NCBI GenBank assembly: GCA_964016885.1 | Contig: OZ024741.1 | Location: forward strand, 246,760,001 to 246,824,000 | Reading direction: 5' to 3' | Origin: Eledone cirrhosa | Taxonomy: Eukaryota | Length of the DNA stretch: 64,000 nucleotides | Part shown: positions 36,701 through 51,700 of the stretch, piece after piece | How positions within the stretch are numbered: the stretch's first letter is position 1 | Layout of the letters: the number at the start of each line of letters is the position of its first letter | Made by a program: the position numbers and the translations under genes | Notes under the pieces: model-generated | The model's input: only the letters and a program-made list of their open reading frames with translations | Told to the model about the DNA's origin: nothing | Databases searched by the model: none

Positions 36701-39700
36701 CTTGGAAGGATGGAAATTATCTCCCCTTGGACGGCTGGAAATTATCTACCCCTGATTTTTTTTACAAATTATCTCCCCCTGATTTTTTTACAAATTATCT
36801 CCCCCTGATTTTTTTTAGAAATTATCTCCGCCTGATTTTTTTAAATGTTATCTCTCCTTGGCTGGCGGGAAATTATCTCCCCTTGGACGGCTGGAAATTA
36901 TCTCCCCTTGGAAGGATGGAAATTATCTCCCCTTGGACGGCTGAAAATTATCTACCCCTGATTTTTTTTACAAATTATCTCCCCCTGATTTTTTTTACAA
37001 ATTATCTCCCCCTGATTTTTTTTACAAATTATCTACCCCTGATTTTTTCTACAAATTATCTCCCCCTGATTTTTTTTACAAATTATCTCCCCCTGATTTT
37101 TTTTTTACAAATTATCTCCCCCTGATTTTTTTACAAATTATCTCCCCCTGATTTTTTTTACAAATTATCTCCCCCTGATTTTTTTACAAATTATCTCCCC
37201 TTGGCTGGCTGGAAATTATCTCCCCTTGGAGGCTGGAACTTATCTCCCCTTGGACGGCTAGAAATTACCTCTCCTTGGACGGCTGGAAAATATGTCTCCT
37301 TGGACGGCTGGATATTATCTCCCCTTGGACGGCTGGAAATTATCTCCCCTTGGACGGCTGGAAATTATCTCCCCTTGGATGGCTAGATATTACCTCACCT
37401 TGGACGGCTGGAAATTATCTCCCCTTGATTTTTTTTACAAATTATCTCCCCCTGATTTTTTTTTACAAATTATCTCCCCCTGATTTTTTTTTACAAATTA
37501 TCTCCCCCTGATTTTTGTTTACAAATTATCTCCGCCTGATTTTTTTAAAAAAATTATCTCCCCTTGGACGGCTGGAAATTATCTCCCCTTGGACGGCTAG
37601 AAATTACCTTCTTGGACGGCTGAAAATTATCTCCCCTTGGACGGCTGGAAATTATCTCCCCTTGATTTTTTTACAAATTATCTCCCCCTGATTTTTTTTT
37701 TACAAATTATCTCCCCCTGATTTTTTTTACAAATTATCTACCCCTGATTTTTTTTTACAAATTATCTCCCCCTGATTTTTTTTACAAATTATCTCCCCTG
37801 ATTTTTTTTTACAAATTATCTCCTCCTGATTTTTTTACAAATTATCTCCCCCTGATTTTTTTTACAAATTATCTCCGCCTGATTTTTTTAAATATTATCT
37901 CTCCTTGGCTGGCGGGAAATTATCTCCCCTTGGACGGCTGGAAATTATCTCCCCTTGGAAGGATGGAAATTATCTCCCCTTGGACGGCTGGAAATTATCT
38001 ACCCGATTTTTTTTACAAATTATCTCCCCCTGATTTTTTTACAAATTATCTCCCCCTGATTTTTTTTACAAATTATCTCCGCCTGATTTTTTTAAATGTT
38101 ATCTCTCCTTGGCTGGCGGGAAATTATCTCCCCTTGGACGGCTGGAAATTATCTCCCCTTGGAAGGATGGAAATTATCTCCCCTTGGACGGCTGGAAATT
38201 ATGTACCCCTGATTTTTTTTACAAATTAACTCCCCCTGATTTTTTTTACAAATTATCTCCCCCTGATTTTTTTTTACAAATTATCTACCCCTGATTTTTT
38301 TACAAATTATCTCCCCTTGGCTGGCTGGAAATTATCTCCCCTTGGACGGCTAGAAATTACCTCTCCTTGGACGGCTGAAAATTATCTCCCCTTGGACGGC
38401 TGGAAATTATCTCCCCTTGATTTTTTTACAAATTATCTCCCCCTGATTTTTTTTTACAAATTATCTCCCCCTGATTTTTTTTTACAAATTATCTACCCCT
38501 GATTTTTTTTTACAAATTATCTCCCCCTGATTTTTTTTACAAATTATCTCCCCCTGATTTTTTTTTACAAATTATCTCCCCCTGATTTTTTTACAAATTA
38601 TCTCCCTCTGATTTTTTTACAAATTATCTCCGCCTGATTTTTTTAAATATTATCTCTCCTTGGCTGGCGGGAAATTATCTCCCCTTGGACGGCTGGAAAT
38701 TATCTCCCCTTGGAAGGATGGAAATTATCTCCCCTTGGACGGCTGGAAATTATCTACCCCTGATTTTTTTTACAAATTATCTCCCCCTGATTTTTTTACA
38801 AATTATCTCCCCCTGATTTTTTTTACAAATTATCTCCGCCTGATTTTTTTAAATGTTATCTCTCCTTGGCTGGCGGGAAATTATCTCCCCTTGGACGGCT
38901 GGAAATTATCTCCCCTTGGAAGGATGGAAATTATCTCCCCTTGGACGGCTGAAAATTATCTACCCCTGATTTTTTTTACAAATTATCTCCCCCTGATTTT
39001 TTTTACAAATTATCTCCCCCTGATTTTTTTTACAAATTATCTACCCCTGATTTTTTTTACAAATTATCTCCCCCTGATTTTTTTTACAAATTATCTCCCC
39101 CTGATTTTTTTTTTACAAATTATCTCCCCCTGATTTTTTTTTACAAATTATCTCCCCCTGATTTTTTTTTACAAATTATCTCCCCCTAATTTTTTTTTAC
39201 AAATTATCTCCCCCTAATTTTTTTACAAATTATCTCCCCTTGGCTGGCTGGAAATTATCTCCCCTTGGAGGCTGGAACTTATCTCCCCTTGGACGGCTAG
39301 AAATTACGTCTCCTTGGACGGCTGGAAAATATGTCTCCTTGGACGGCTGGATATTATCTCCCCTTGGACGGCTGGAAATTATCTCCCCTTGGACGGCTTG
39401 AAATTATCTCCCCTTGGATGGCTAGATATTACCTCCCCTTGGACGGCTGGAAATTATCTCCCCTTGATTTTTTTTACAAATTATCTCCCCCTGATTTTTT
39501 TTTACAAATTATCTCCCCCTGATTTTTTTTTACAAATTATCTCCCCCTGATTTTTGTTTACAAATTATCTCCGCCTGATTTTTTTAAAAAAATTATCTCC
39601 CCTTGGACGGCTGGAAATTATCTCCCCTTGGACGGCTAGAAATTACCTCTCCTTGGACGGCTGAAAATTATCTCCCCTTGGACGGCTGGAAATTATCTCC

Positions 39701-42700
39701 CCTTGATTTTTTTACAAATTATCTCCCCCTGATTTTTTTTTACAAATTATCTCCCCCTGATTTTTTTTTACAAATTATCTACCCCTGATTTTTTTTTACA
39801 AATTATCTCCCCCTGATTTTTTTTACAAATTATCTCCCCCTGATTTTTTTTTACAAATTATCTCCCCCTGATTTTTTTACAAATTATCTCCCTCTGATTT
39901 TTTTACAAATTATCTCCGCCTGATTTTTTTAAATATTATCTCTCCTTGGCTGGCGGGAAATTATCTCCCCTTGGACGGCTGGAAATTATCTCCCCTTGGA
40001 AGGATGGAAATTATCTCCCCTTGGACGGCTGGAAATTATCTACCCCTGATTTTTTTTACAAATTATCTCCCCCTGATTTTTTTACAAATTATCTCCCCCT
40101 GATTTTTTTTACAAATTATCTCCGCCTGATTTTTTTAAATGTTATCTCTCCTTGGCTGGCGGGAAATTATCTCCCCTTGGACGGCTGGAAATTATCTCCC
40201 CTTGGAAGGATGGAAATTATCTCCCCTTGGACGGCTGAAAATTATCTACCCCTGATTTTTTTTACAAATTATCTCCCCCTGATTTTTTTTACAAATTATC
40301 TCCCCCTGATTTTTTTTACAAATTATCTACCCCTGATTTTTTTTACAAATTATCTCCCCCTGATTTTTTTTACAAATTATCTCCCCCTGATTTTTTTTTT
40401 ACAAATTATCTCCCCCTGATTTTTTTACAAATTATCTCCCCCTGATTTTTTTTTTACAAATTATCTCCCCCTGATTTTTTTACAAATTATCTCCCCTTGG
40501 CTGGCTGGAAATTATCTCCCCTTGGAGGCTGGAACTTATCTCCCCTTGGACGGCTAGAAATTACCTCTCCTTGGACGGCTGGAAAATATGTCTCCTTGGA
40601 CGGCTGGATATTATCTCCCCTTGGACGGCTGGAAATTATCTCCCCTTGGACGGCTGGAAACTATCTCCCCTTGGATGGCTAGATATTACCTCCCCTTGGA
40701 CGGCTGGAAATTATCTCCCCTTGATTTTTTTACAAATTATCTCCCCCTGATTTTTTTTTACAAATTATCTCCCCCTGATTTTTTTTTACAAATTATCTCC
40801 CCCTGATTTTTGTTTACAAATTATCTCCGCCTGATTTTTTTAAAAAAATTATCTCCCCTTGGACGGCTGGAAATTATCTCCCCTTGGACGGCTAGAAATT
40901 ACCTCTCCTTGGACGGCTGAAAATTATCTCCCCTTGGACGGCTGGAAATTATCTCCCCTTGATTTTTTTACAAATTATCTCCCCCTGATTTTTTTTTTAC
41001 AAATTATCTACCCCTGATTTTTTTTACAAATTATCTCCCCCTGATTTTTTTTACAAATTATCTCCCCCTGATTTTTTTTTACAAATTATCTCCCCCTGAT
41101 TTTTTTACAAATTATCTCCCCCTGATTTTTTTTACAAATTATCTCCGCCTGATTTTTTTAAATATTATCTCTCCTTGGCTGGCGGGAAATTATCTCCCCT
41201 TGGACGGCTGGAAATTATCTCCCCTTGGAAGGATGGAAATTATCTCCCCTTGGACGGCTGGAAATTATCTACCCCTGATTTTTTTTACAAATTATCTCCC
41301 CCTGATTTTTTTACAAATTATCTCCCCCTGATTTTTTTTACAAATTATCTCCGCCTGATTTTTTTAAATGTTATCTCTCCTTGGCTGGCGGGAAATTATC
41401 TCCCCTTGGACGGCTGGAAATTATCTCCCCTTGGAAGGATGGAAATTATCTCCCCTTGGACGGCTGAAAATTATCTACCCCTGATTTTTTTTACAAATTA
41501 TCTCCCCCTGATTTTTTTTACAAATTATCTCCCCCTGATTTTTTTTACAAATTATCTACCCCTGATTTTTTCTACAAATTATCTCCCCCTGATTTTTTTT
41601 ACAAATTATCTCCCTCTGATTTTTTTTTTACAAATTATCTCCCCCTGATTTTTTTTTACAAATTATCTACCCCTGATTTTTTTTTACAAATTATCTACCC
41701 CTGATTTTTTTTTACAAATTATCTCCCCCTGATTTTTTTTACAAATTATCTCCCCCTGATTTTTTTTACAAATTATCTACATCTGATTTTTTTACAAATT
41801 ATCTCCCCTTGGCTGGCTGGAAATTATCTCCCCTTGGACGGCTAGAAATTACCTCTCCTTGGACGGCTGAAAATTATCTCCCCTTGGACGGCTGGAAATT
41901 ATCTCCCCTTGATTTTTTTACAAATTATCTCCCCCTGATTTTTTTTTTACAAATTATCTCCCCCTGATTTTTTTTTACAAATTATCTACCCCTGATTTTT
42001 TTTTACAAATTATCTCCCCTTGATTTTTTTTACAAATTTTCTCCCCCTGATTTTTTTTTACAAATTATCTCCCCCTGATTTTTTTTTACAAATTATCTCC
42101 CCCTGATTTTTGTTTACAAATTATCTACCCCTGATTTTTTTTTACAAATTATCTCCCCCTGATTTTTTTAAATGTTATCTCTCCTTGGCTGGCGGGAAAT
42201 TATCTCCCCTTGGACGGCTGGAAATTATCTCCCCTTGGAAGGATGGAAATTATCTCCCCTTGGACGGCTGAAAATTATCTACCCCTGATTTTTTTTACAA
42301 ATTATCTCCCCCTGATTTTTTTACAAATTATCTCCGCCTGATTTTTTTAAATGTTATCTCTCCTTGGCTGGCGGGAAATTATCTCCCCTTGGACGGCTGA
42401 AAATTATCTACCCCTGATTTTTTTTACAAATTATCTCCCCCTGATTTTTTTTACAAATTATCTCCCCCTGATTTTTTTTACAAATTATCTACCCCTGATT
42501 TTTTTTACAAATTATCTCCCCCTGATTTTTTTTACAAATTATCTCCCCCTGATTTTTTTTTACAAATTATCTCCCCCTGATTTTTTTTTACAAATTATCT
42601 CCCCCTGATTTTTTTACAAATTATCTCCCCCTGATTTTTTTACAATCTCCGCCTGATTTTTTAAAAAATTATCTTCCCTTGGCTGGCGGGAAATTATCTC

Positions 42701-45700
42701 CCCTTGGACGGCTGGAAATTATCTCCCCTTGGAAGGATGGAAATTATCTCCGCTTGGACGGCTGGAAATTATCTCCCCTTGCACGGCTGGAAATTATAGC
42801 CCCTTGGAGGGCTGGAAATTATCTCCCCTTGATATTTTTTACAAATTATCTCCCCCTGATTTTTTTTTCAAATTATCTCCCCCTGATTTTTTTTACAAAT
42901 TATCTCCCCCCTGATTTTTTTACAAATTATCTCCCCTTGGCTGGCTGGAAATTATCTCCCCTTGGAGGCTGGAACTTATCTCCCCTTGGACGGCTAGAAA
43001 TTACCTCTCCTTGGACGGCTGGAAAATATGTCTCCTTGGACGGCTGGATATTATCTCCCCTTGGACGGCTGGAAATTATCTCCCCTTGGACGGCTGGAAA
43101 TTATCTCCCCTTGGATGGCTAGATATTACCTCCCCTTGGACGGCTGGAAATTATCTCCCCTTGATTTTTTTTACAAATTATCTCCCCCTGATTTTTTTTT
43201 AAAAATTATCTCCCCCTGATTTTTGTTTACAAATTATCTCCGCCTGATTTTTTTTTAAAAATTATCTCCCCTTGGACGGCTGGAAATTATCTCCCCTTGG
43301 ACGGCTGGAAATTATATCTCCTTGGACGGCTAGAATTTACCTCTCCTTGGACGGCTGAAAATTATCTCCCCTTGGACGGCTGGAAATTATCTCCCCTTGA
43401 TTTTTTTTACAAATTATCTCCCCCTGATTTTTTTTTACAAATTATCTCCCCCTGATTTTTTTTTACAAATTATCTCCCCCTGATTTTTTTTTACAAATTA
43501 TCTCCGCCTGATTTTTTTTACAAATTATCTCCGCCTGATTTTTTTAAATATTATCTCTCCTTGGCTGGCGGGAAATTATCTCCCCTTGGACGGCTGGAAA
43601 TTATCTCCCCTTGGAAGGATGGAAATTATCTCCCCTTGGACGGCTGGAAATTATCTACCCCTGATTTTTTTTACAAATTATCTCCCCCTGATTTTTTTAC
43701 AAATTATCTCCCCCTGATTTTTTTTACAAATTATCTCCGCCTGATTTTTTTAAATGTTATCTCTCCTTGGCTGGCGGGAAATTATCTCCCCTTGGACGGC
43801 TGGAAATTATCTCCCCTTGGAAGGATGGAAATTATCTCCCCTTGGACGGCTGAAAATTATCTACCCCTGATTTTTTTTACAAATTATCTCCCCCTGATTT
43901 TTTTTACAAATTATCTCCCCCTGATTTTTTTTACAAATTATCTACCCCTGATTTTTTCTACAAATTATCTCCCCCTGATTTTTTTTACAAATTATCTCCC
44001 CCTGATTTTTTTTTTACAAATTATCTCCCCCTGATTTTTTACAAATTATCTCCCCCTGATTTTTTTTTTACAAATTATCTCCCCCTGATTTTTTTACAAA
44101 TTATCTCCCCTTGGCTGGCTGGAAATTTTCTCCCCTTGGAGGCTGGAACTTATCTCCCCTTGGACGGCTAGAAATTACCTCTCCTTGGACGGCTGGAAAA
44201 TATGTCTCCTTGGACGGCTGGATATTATCTCCCCTTGGACGGCTGGAAATTATCTCCCCTTGGACGGCTGGAAATTATCTCCCCTTGGATGGCTAGATAT
44301 TACCTCCCCTTGGACGGCTGGAAATTATCTCCCCTTGATTTTTTTTACAAATTATCTCCCCCTGATTTTTTTTTACAAATTATCTCCCCCTGATTTTTTT
44401 TTACAAATTATCTCCCCCTGATTTTTGTTTACAAATTATCTCCGCCTGATTTTTTAAAAAAAATTATCTCCCCTTGGACGGCTGGAAATTATCTCCCCTT
44501 GGACGGCTAGAAATTACCTCCTTGGACGGCTGAAAATTATCTCCCCTTGGACGGCTGGAAATTATCTCCCCTTGATTTTTTTACAAATTATCTCCCCCTG
44601 ATTTTTTTTTTACAAATTATCTCCCCCTGATTTTTTTTTACAAATTATCTACCCCTGATTTTTTTTTACAAATTATCTCCCCCTGATTTTTTTTACAAAT
44701 TATCTCCCCTGATTTTTTTTTACAAATTATCTCCCCCTGATTTTTTTACAAATTATCTCCCCCTGATTTTTTTTACAAATTATCTCCGCCTGATATTTTT
44801 AAATATTATCTCTCCTTGGCTGGCGGGAAATTATCTCCCCTTGGACGGCTGGAAATTATCTCCCCTTGGAAGGATGGAAATTATCTCCCCTTGGACGGCT
44901 GGAAATTATCTACCCCTGATTTGTTTTACAAATTATCTCCCCCTGATTTTTTTTACAAATTATCTCCCCCTGATTTTTTTTTACAAATTATCTACATCTG
45001 ATTTTTTTACAAATTATCTCCTCTTGGCTGGCTGGAAATTATCTCCTCTTGGACGGCTAGAAATTACCTCTCCTTGGACGGCTGAAAATTATCTCCCCTT
45101 GGACGGCTGGAAATTATCTCCCCTTGATTTTTTTACAAATTATCTCCCCCTGATTTTTTTTTTACAAATTATCTCCCCCTGATTTTTTTTTACAAATTAT
45201 CTACCCCTGATTTTTTTTTACAAATTATCTCCCCCTGATTTTTTTTTACGAATTATCTCCCCCTGATTTTTTTTTACAAATTATCTCCCCCTGATTTTTT
45301 TAAATGTTATCTCTCCTTGGCTGGCGGGAAATTATCTCCCCTTGGACGGCTGGAAATTATCTCCCCTTGGAAGGATGGAAATTATCTCCTCTTGGACGGC
45401 TGAAAATTATCTACCCCTGATTTTTTTTACAAATTATGTCCCCCTGATTTTTTTACAAATTATCTCCGCCTGATTTTTTTAAATGTTATCTCTCCTTGGC
45501 TGGCGGGAAATTATCTCCCCTTGGACGGCTGGAAATTATCTCCCCTTGGAAGGATGGAAATTATCTCCCCTTGGACGGCTGAAAATCATCTACCCCTGAT
45601 TTTTTTTACAAATTATCTCCCCCTGATTTTTTTTACAAATTATCTCCCCCTGATTATTTTTACAAATTATCTACCCCTGATTTTTTTTACAAATTATCTC

Positions 45701-48700
45701 CCCCTGATTTTTTTTACAAATTATCTCCCCCTGATTTTTTTTTACAAATTATCTCCCCCTGATTTTTTTTTACAAATTATCTCCCCCTGATTTTTTTACA
45801 AATTATCTCCCCCTGATTTTTTTTACAATCTCCGCCTGATTTTTTAAAAAATTATCTTCCCTTGGCTGGCGGGAAATTATCTCCCCTTGGACGGCTGGAA
45901 ATTATCTCCCGTTGGAAGGATGGAAATTATCTCCCCTTGGACGGCTGGAAATTATCTCCCCTTGCACGGCTGGAAATTATAGCCCCTTGGAGGGCTGGAA
46001 ATTATCTCCCCTTGATATTTTTTACAAATTATCTCCCCCTGATTTTTTTTTCAAATTATCTCCCCCTGATTTTTTTTACAAATTATCTCCCCCCTGATTT
46101 TTTTACAAATTATCTCCCCTTGGCTGGCTGGAAATTATCTCCCCTTGGAGGCTGGAACTTATCTCCCCTTGGACGGCTAGAAATTACCTCTCCTTGGACG
46201 GCTGGAAAATATGTCTCCTTGGACGGCTGGATATTATCTCCCCTTGGACGGCTGGAAATTATCTCCCCTTGGACGGCTGGAAATTATCTCCCCTTGAGTG
46301 GCTAAATATTACCTCCCCTTGGACGGCTGGAAATTATCTCCCCTTGATTTTTTTTACAAATTATCTCCCCCTGATTTTTTTTTACAAATTATCTCCCCCT
46401 GATTTTTTTTTACAAATTATCTCCCCCTGATTTTTGTTTACAAATTATCTCCGCCTGATTTTTTAAAAAAAATTATCTCCCCTTGGACGGCTGGAAATTA
46501 TCTCCCCTTGGACGGCTAGAAATTACCTCCTTGGACGGCTGAAAATTATCTCCCCTTGGACGGCTGGAAATTATCTCCCCTTGATTTTTTTACAAATTAT
46601 CTCCCCCTGATTTTTTTTTTACAAATTATCTCCCCCTGATTTTTTTTTACAAATTATCTCCCCCTGATTTTTTTACAAATTATCTCCCCCTGATTTTTTT
46701 TACAAATTATCTCCGCCTGATTTTTTTAAATATTATCTCTCCTTGGCTGGCGGGAAATTATCTCCCCTTGGACGGCTGGAAATTATCTCCCCTTGGAAGG
46801 ATGGAAATTATCTCCCCTTGGACGGCTGGAAATTATCTACCCCTGATTTTTTTTACAAATTATCTCCCCCTGATTTTTTTACAAATTATCTCCCCCTGAT
46901 TTTTTTTACAAATTATCTCCGCCTGATTTTTTTAAATGTTATCTCTCCTTGGCTGGCAGGAAATTATCTCCCCTTGGACGGCTGGAAATTGTCTCCCCTT
47001 GGAAGGATGGAAATTATCTCCCCTTGGACGGCTGGAAATTATCTACCCCTGATTTTTTTTACAAATTATCTCCCCCTGATTTTTTTTACAAATTATCTCC
47101 CCCTGATTTTTTTTTACAAATTATCTACCCCTGATTTTTTTACAAATTATCTCCCCTTGGCTGGCTGGAAATTATCTCCCCTTGGACGGCTAGAAATTAC
47201 CTGTCCTTGGACGGCTGAAAATTATCTCCCCTTGGACGGCTGGAAATTATCTCCCCTTGATTTTTTTACAAATTATCTCCCCCTGATTTTTTTTTACAAA
47301 TTATCTACCCCTGATTTTTTTTTACAAATTATCTCCCCTTGATTTTTTTTACAAATTATCTCCCCCTGATTTTTTTTTACAAATTATCTCCCCCTGATTT
47401 TTTTTTACAAATTATCTCCCCCTGATTTTTGTTTACAAATTATCTCCGCCTGATTTTTTAAAAAAAATTATCTCCCCTTGGACGGCTGGAAATTATCTCC
47501 CCTTGGACGGCTAGAAATTACCTCTCCTTGGACGGCTGAAAATTATCTCCCCTTGGACGGCTGGAAATTATCTCCCCTTGATTTTTTTACAAATTATCTC
47601 CCCCTGATTTTTTTTTTACAAATTATCTCCCCCTGATTTTTTTTTACAAATTATCTACCCCTGATTTTTTTTTACAAATTATCTCCCCCTGATTTTTTTT
47701 TACGAATTATCTCCCCCTGATTTTTTTTTACAAATTATCTCCCCCTGATTTTTTTAAATGTTATCTCTCCTTGGCTGGCGGGAAATTATCTCCCCTTGGA
47801 CGGCTGGAAATTATCTCCCCTTGGAAGGATGGAAATTATCTCCCCTTGGACGGCTGAAAATTATCTACCCCTGATTTTTTTTACAAATTATCTCCCCCTG
47901 ATTTTTTTACAAATTATCTCCGCCTGATTTTTTTAAATGTTATCTCTCCTTGGCTGGCGGGAAATTATCTCCCCTTGGACGGCTGGAAATTATCTCCCCT
48001 TGGAAGGATGGAAATTATCTCCCCTTGGACGGCTGAAAATTATCTACCCCTGATTTTTTTTACAAATTATCTCCCCCTGATTTTTTTTACAAATTATCTC
48101 CCCCTGATTTTTTTTAGAAATTATCTACCCCTGATTTTTTTTACAAATTATCTCCCCCTGATTTTTTTTACAAATTATCTCCCCCTGATTTTTTTTTACA
48201 AATTATCTCCCCCTGATTTTTTTTTACAAATTATCTCCCCCTGATTTTTTTACAAATTATCTCCCCCTGATTTTTTTTACAATCTCCGCCTGATTTTTTA
48301 AAAAATTATCTTCCCTTGGCTGGCGGGAAATTATCTCCCCTTGGACGGCTGGAAATTATCTCCCCTTGGAAGGATGGAAATTATCTCCCCTTGGACGGCT
48401 GGAAATTATCTCCCCTTGCACGGCTGGAAATTATAGCCCCTTGGAGGGCTGGAAATTATCTCCCCTTGATATTTTTTACAAATTATCTCCCCCTGATTTT
48501 TTTTTCAAATTATCTCCCCCTGATTTTTTTTACAAATTATCTCCCCCCTGATTTTTTTACAAATTATCTCCCCTTGGCTGGCTGGAAATTATCTCCCCTT
48601 GGAGGCTGGAACTTATCTCCCCTTGGACGGCTAGAAATTACCTCTCCTTGGACGGCTGGAAAATATGTCTCCTTGGACGGCTGGATATTATCTCCCCTTG

Positions 48701-51700
48701 GACGGCTGGAAATTATCTCCCCTTGGATGGCTAGATATTACCTCCCCTTGGACGGCTGGAAATTATCTCCCCTTGATTTTTTTTACAAATTATCTCCCCC
48801 TGATTTTTTTTTACAAATTATCTCCCCCTGATTTTTTTTTAAAAATTATCTCCCCCTGATTTTTGTTTACAAATTATCTCCGCCTGATTTTTTTTAAAAA
48901 TTATCTCCCCTTGGACGGCTGGAAATTATCTCCCCTTGGACGGCTGGAAAATAATATCTCCTTGGACGGCTAGAATTTACCTCTCCTTGGACGGCTGAAA
49001 ATTATCTCCCCTTGGACGGCTGGAAATTATCTCCCCTTGATTTTTTTTACAAATTATCTCCCCCTGATTTTTTTTTACAAATTATCTCCCCCTGATTTTT
49101 TTTTACAAATTATCTCCCCCTGATTTTTTTTTACAAATTATCTCCCCCTAATTTTTTTTTACAAATTATCTCCCCCTAATTTTTTTACAAATTATCTCCC
49201 CTTGGCTGGCTGGAAATTATCTCCCCTTGGAGGCTGGAACTTATCTCCCCTTGGACGGCTAGAAATTACGTCTCCTTGGACGGCTGGAAAATATGTCTCC
49301 TTGGACGGCTGGATATTATCTCCCCTTGGACGGCTGGAAATTATCTCCCCTTGGACGGCTGGAAATTATCTCCCCTTGGATGGCTAGATATTACCTCCCC
49401 TTGGACGGCTGGAAATTATCTCCCCTTGATTTTTTTTACAAATTATCTCCCCCTGATTTTTTTTACAAATTATCTCCCCCTGATTTTTTTTTACAAATTA
49501 TCTCCCCCTGATTTTTGTTTACAAATTATCTCCGCCTGATTTTTTTAAAAAAATTATCTCCCCTTGGACGGCTGGAAATTATCTCCCCTTGGACGGCTAG
49601 AAATTACCTCTCCTTGGACGGCTGAAAATTATCTCCCCTTGGACGGCTGGAAATTATCTCCCCTTGATTTTTTTACAAATTATCTCCCCCTGATTTTTTT
49701 TTACAAATTATCTCCCCCTGATTTTTTTTTACAAATTATCTACCCCTGATTTTTTTTTACAAATTATCTCCCCCTGATTTTTTTTACAAATTATCTCCCC
49801 CTGATTTTTTTTTACAAATTATCTCCCCCTGATTTTTTTACAAATTATCTCCCCCTGATTTTTTTTACAAATTATCTCCGCCTGATTTTTTTAAATATTA
49901 TCTCTCCTTGGCTGGCGGGAAATTATCTCCCCTTGGACGGCTGGAAATTATCTCCCCTTGGAAGGATGGAAATTATCTCCCCTTGGACGGCTGGAAATTA
50001 TCTACCCCTGATTTTTTTTACAAATTATCTCCCCCTGATTTTTTTACAAATTATCTCCCCCTGATTTTTTTTACAAATTATCTCCGCCTGATTTTTTTAA
50101 ATGTTATCTCTCCTTGGCTGGCGGGAAATTATCTCCCCTTGGAGGCTGGAACTTATCTCCCCTTGGACGGCTAGAAATTACCTCTCCTTGGACGGCTGGA
50201 AAATATGTCTCCTTGGACGGCTGGATATTATCTCCCCTTGGACGGCTGGAAATTATCTCCCCTTGGACGGCTGGAAATTATCTCCCCTTGGATGGCTAGA
50301 TATTACCTCCCCTTTGACGGCTGGAAATTATCTCCCCTTGATTTTTTTTACAAATTATCTCCCCCTGATTTTTTTTTACAAATTATCTCCCCCTGATTTT
50401 TTTTTACAAATTATCTCCCCCTGATTTTTGTTTACAAATTATCTCCGCCTGATTTTTTTAAAAAAATTATCTCCCCTTGGACGGCTGGAAATTATCTCCC
50501 CTTGGACGGCTAGAAATTACCTCTCCTTGGACGGCTGAAAATTATCTCCCCTTGGACGGCTGGAAATTATCTCCCCTTGATTTTTTTACAAATTATCTAC
50601 CCCTGATTTTTTTTTTACAAATTATCTCCCCCTGATTTTTTTTTACAAATTATCTACCCCTGATTTTTTTTACAAATTATCTCCCCCTGATTTTTTTTAC
50701 AAATTATCTCCCCCTGATTTTTTTTTACAAATTATCTCCCCCTGATTTTTTTACAAATTATCTCCCCCTGATTTTTTTTACAAATTATCTCCGCCTGATT
50801 TTTTTAAATATTATCTCTCCTTGGCTGGCGGGAAATTATCTCCCCTTGGACGGCTGGAAATTATCTCCCCTTGGAAGGATGGAAATTATCTCCCCTTGGA
50901 CGGCTGGAAATTATCTACCCCTGATTTTTTTTACAAATTATCTCCCCCTGATTTTTTTACAAATTATCTCCCCCTGATTTTTTTTAGAAATTATCTCCGC
51001 CTGATTTTTTTAAATGTTATCTCTCCTTGGCTGGCGGGAAATTATCTCCCCTTGGACGGCTGGAAATTATCTCCCCTTGGAAGGATGGAAATTATCTCCC
51101 CTTGGACGGCTGAAAATTATCTACCCCTGATTTTTTTTACAAATTATCTCCCCCTGATTTTTTTTACAAATTATCTCCCCCTGATTTTTTTTACAAATTA
51201 TCTACCCCTGATTTTTTCTACAAATTATCTCCCCCTGATTTTTTTTACAAATTATCTCCCCCCTGATTTTTTTACAAATTATCTCCCCTTGGCTGGCTGG
51301 AAATTATCTCCCCTTGGAGGCTGGAACTTATCTCCCCTTGGACGGCTAGAAATTACCTCTCCTTGGACGGCTGGAAAATATGTCTCCTTGGACGGCTGGA
51401 TATTATCTCCCCTTGGACGGCTGGAAATTATCTCCCCTTGGACGGCTGGAAATTATCTCCCCTTGGATGGCTAGATATTACCTCCCCTTGGACGGCTGGA
51501 AATTATCTCCCCTTGATTATTTTTACAAATTATCTCCCCCTGATTTTTTTTTACAAATTATCTCCCCCTGATTTTTTTTACAAATTATCTCCCCCTGATT
51601 TTTTTTTTAAAATTATCTCCCCCTGATTTTTGTTTACAAATTATCTCCGCCTGATTTTTTTTTAAAAATTATCTCCCCTTGGACGGCTGGAAATTATCTC

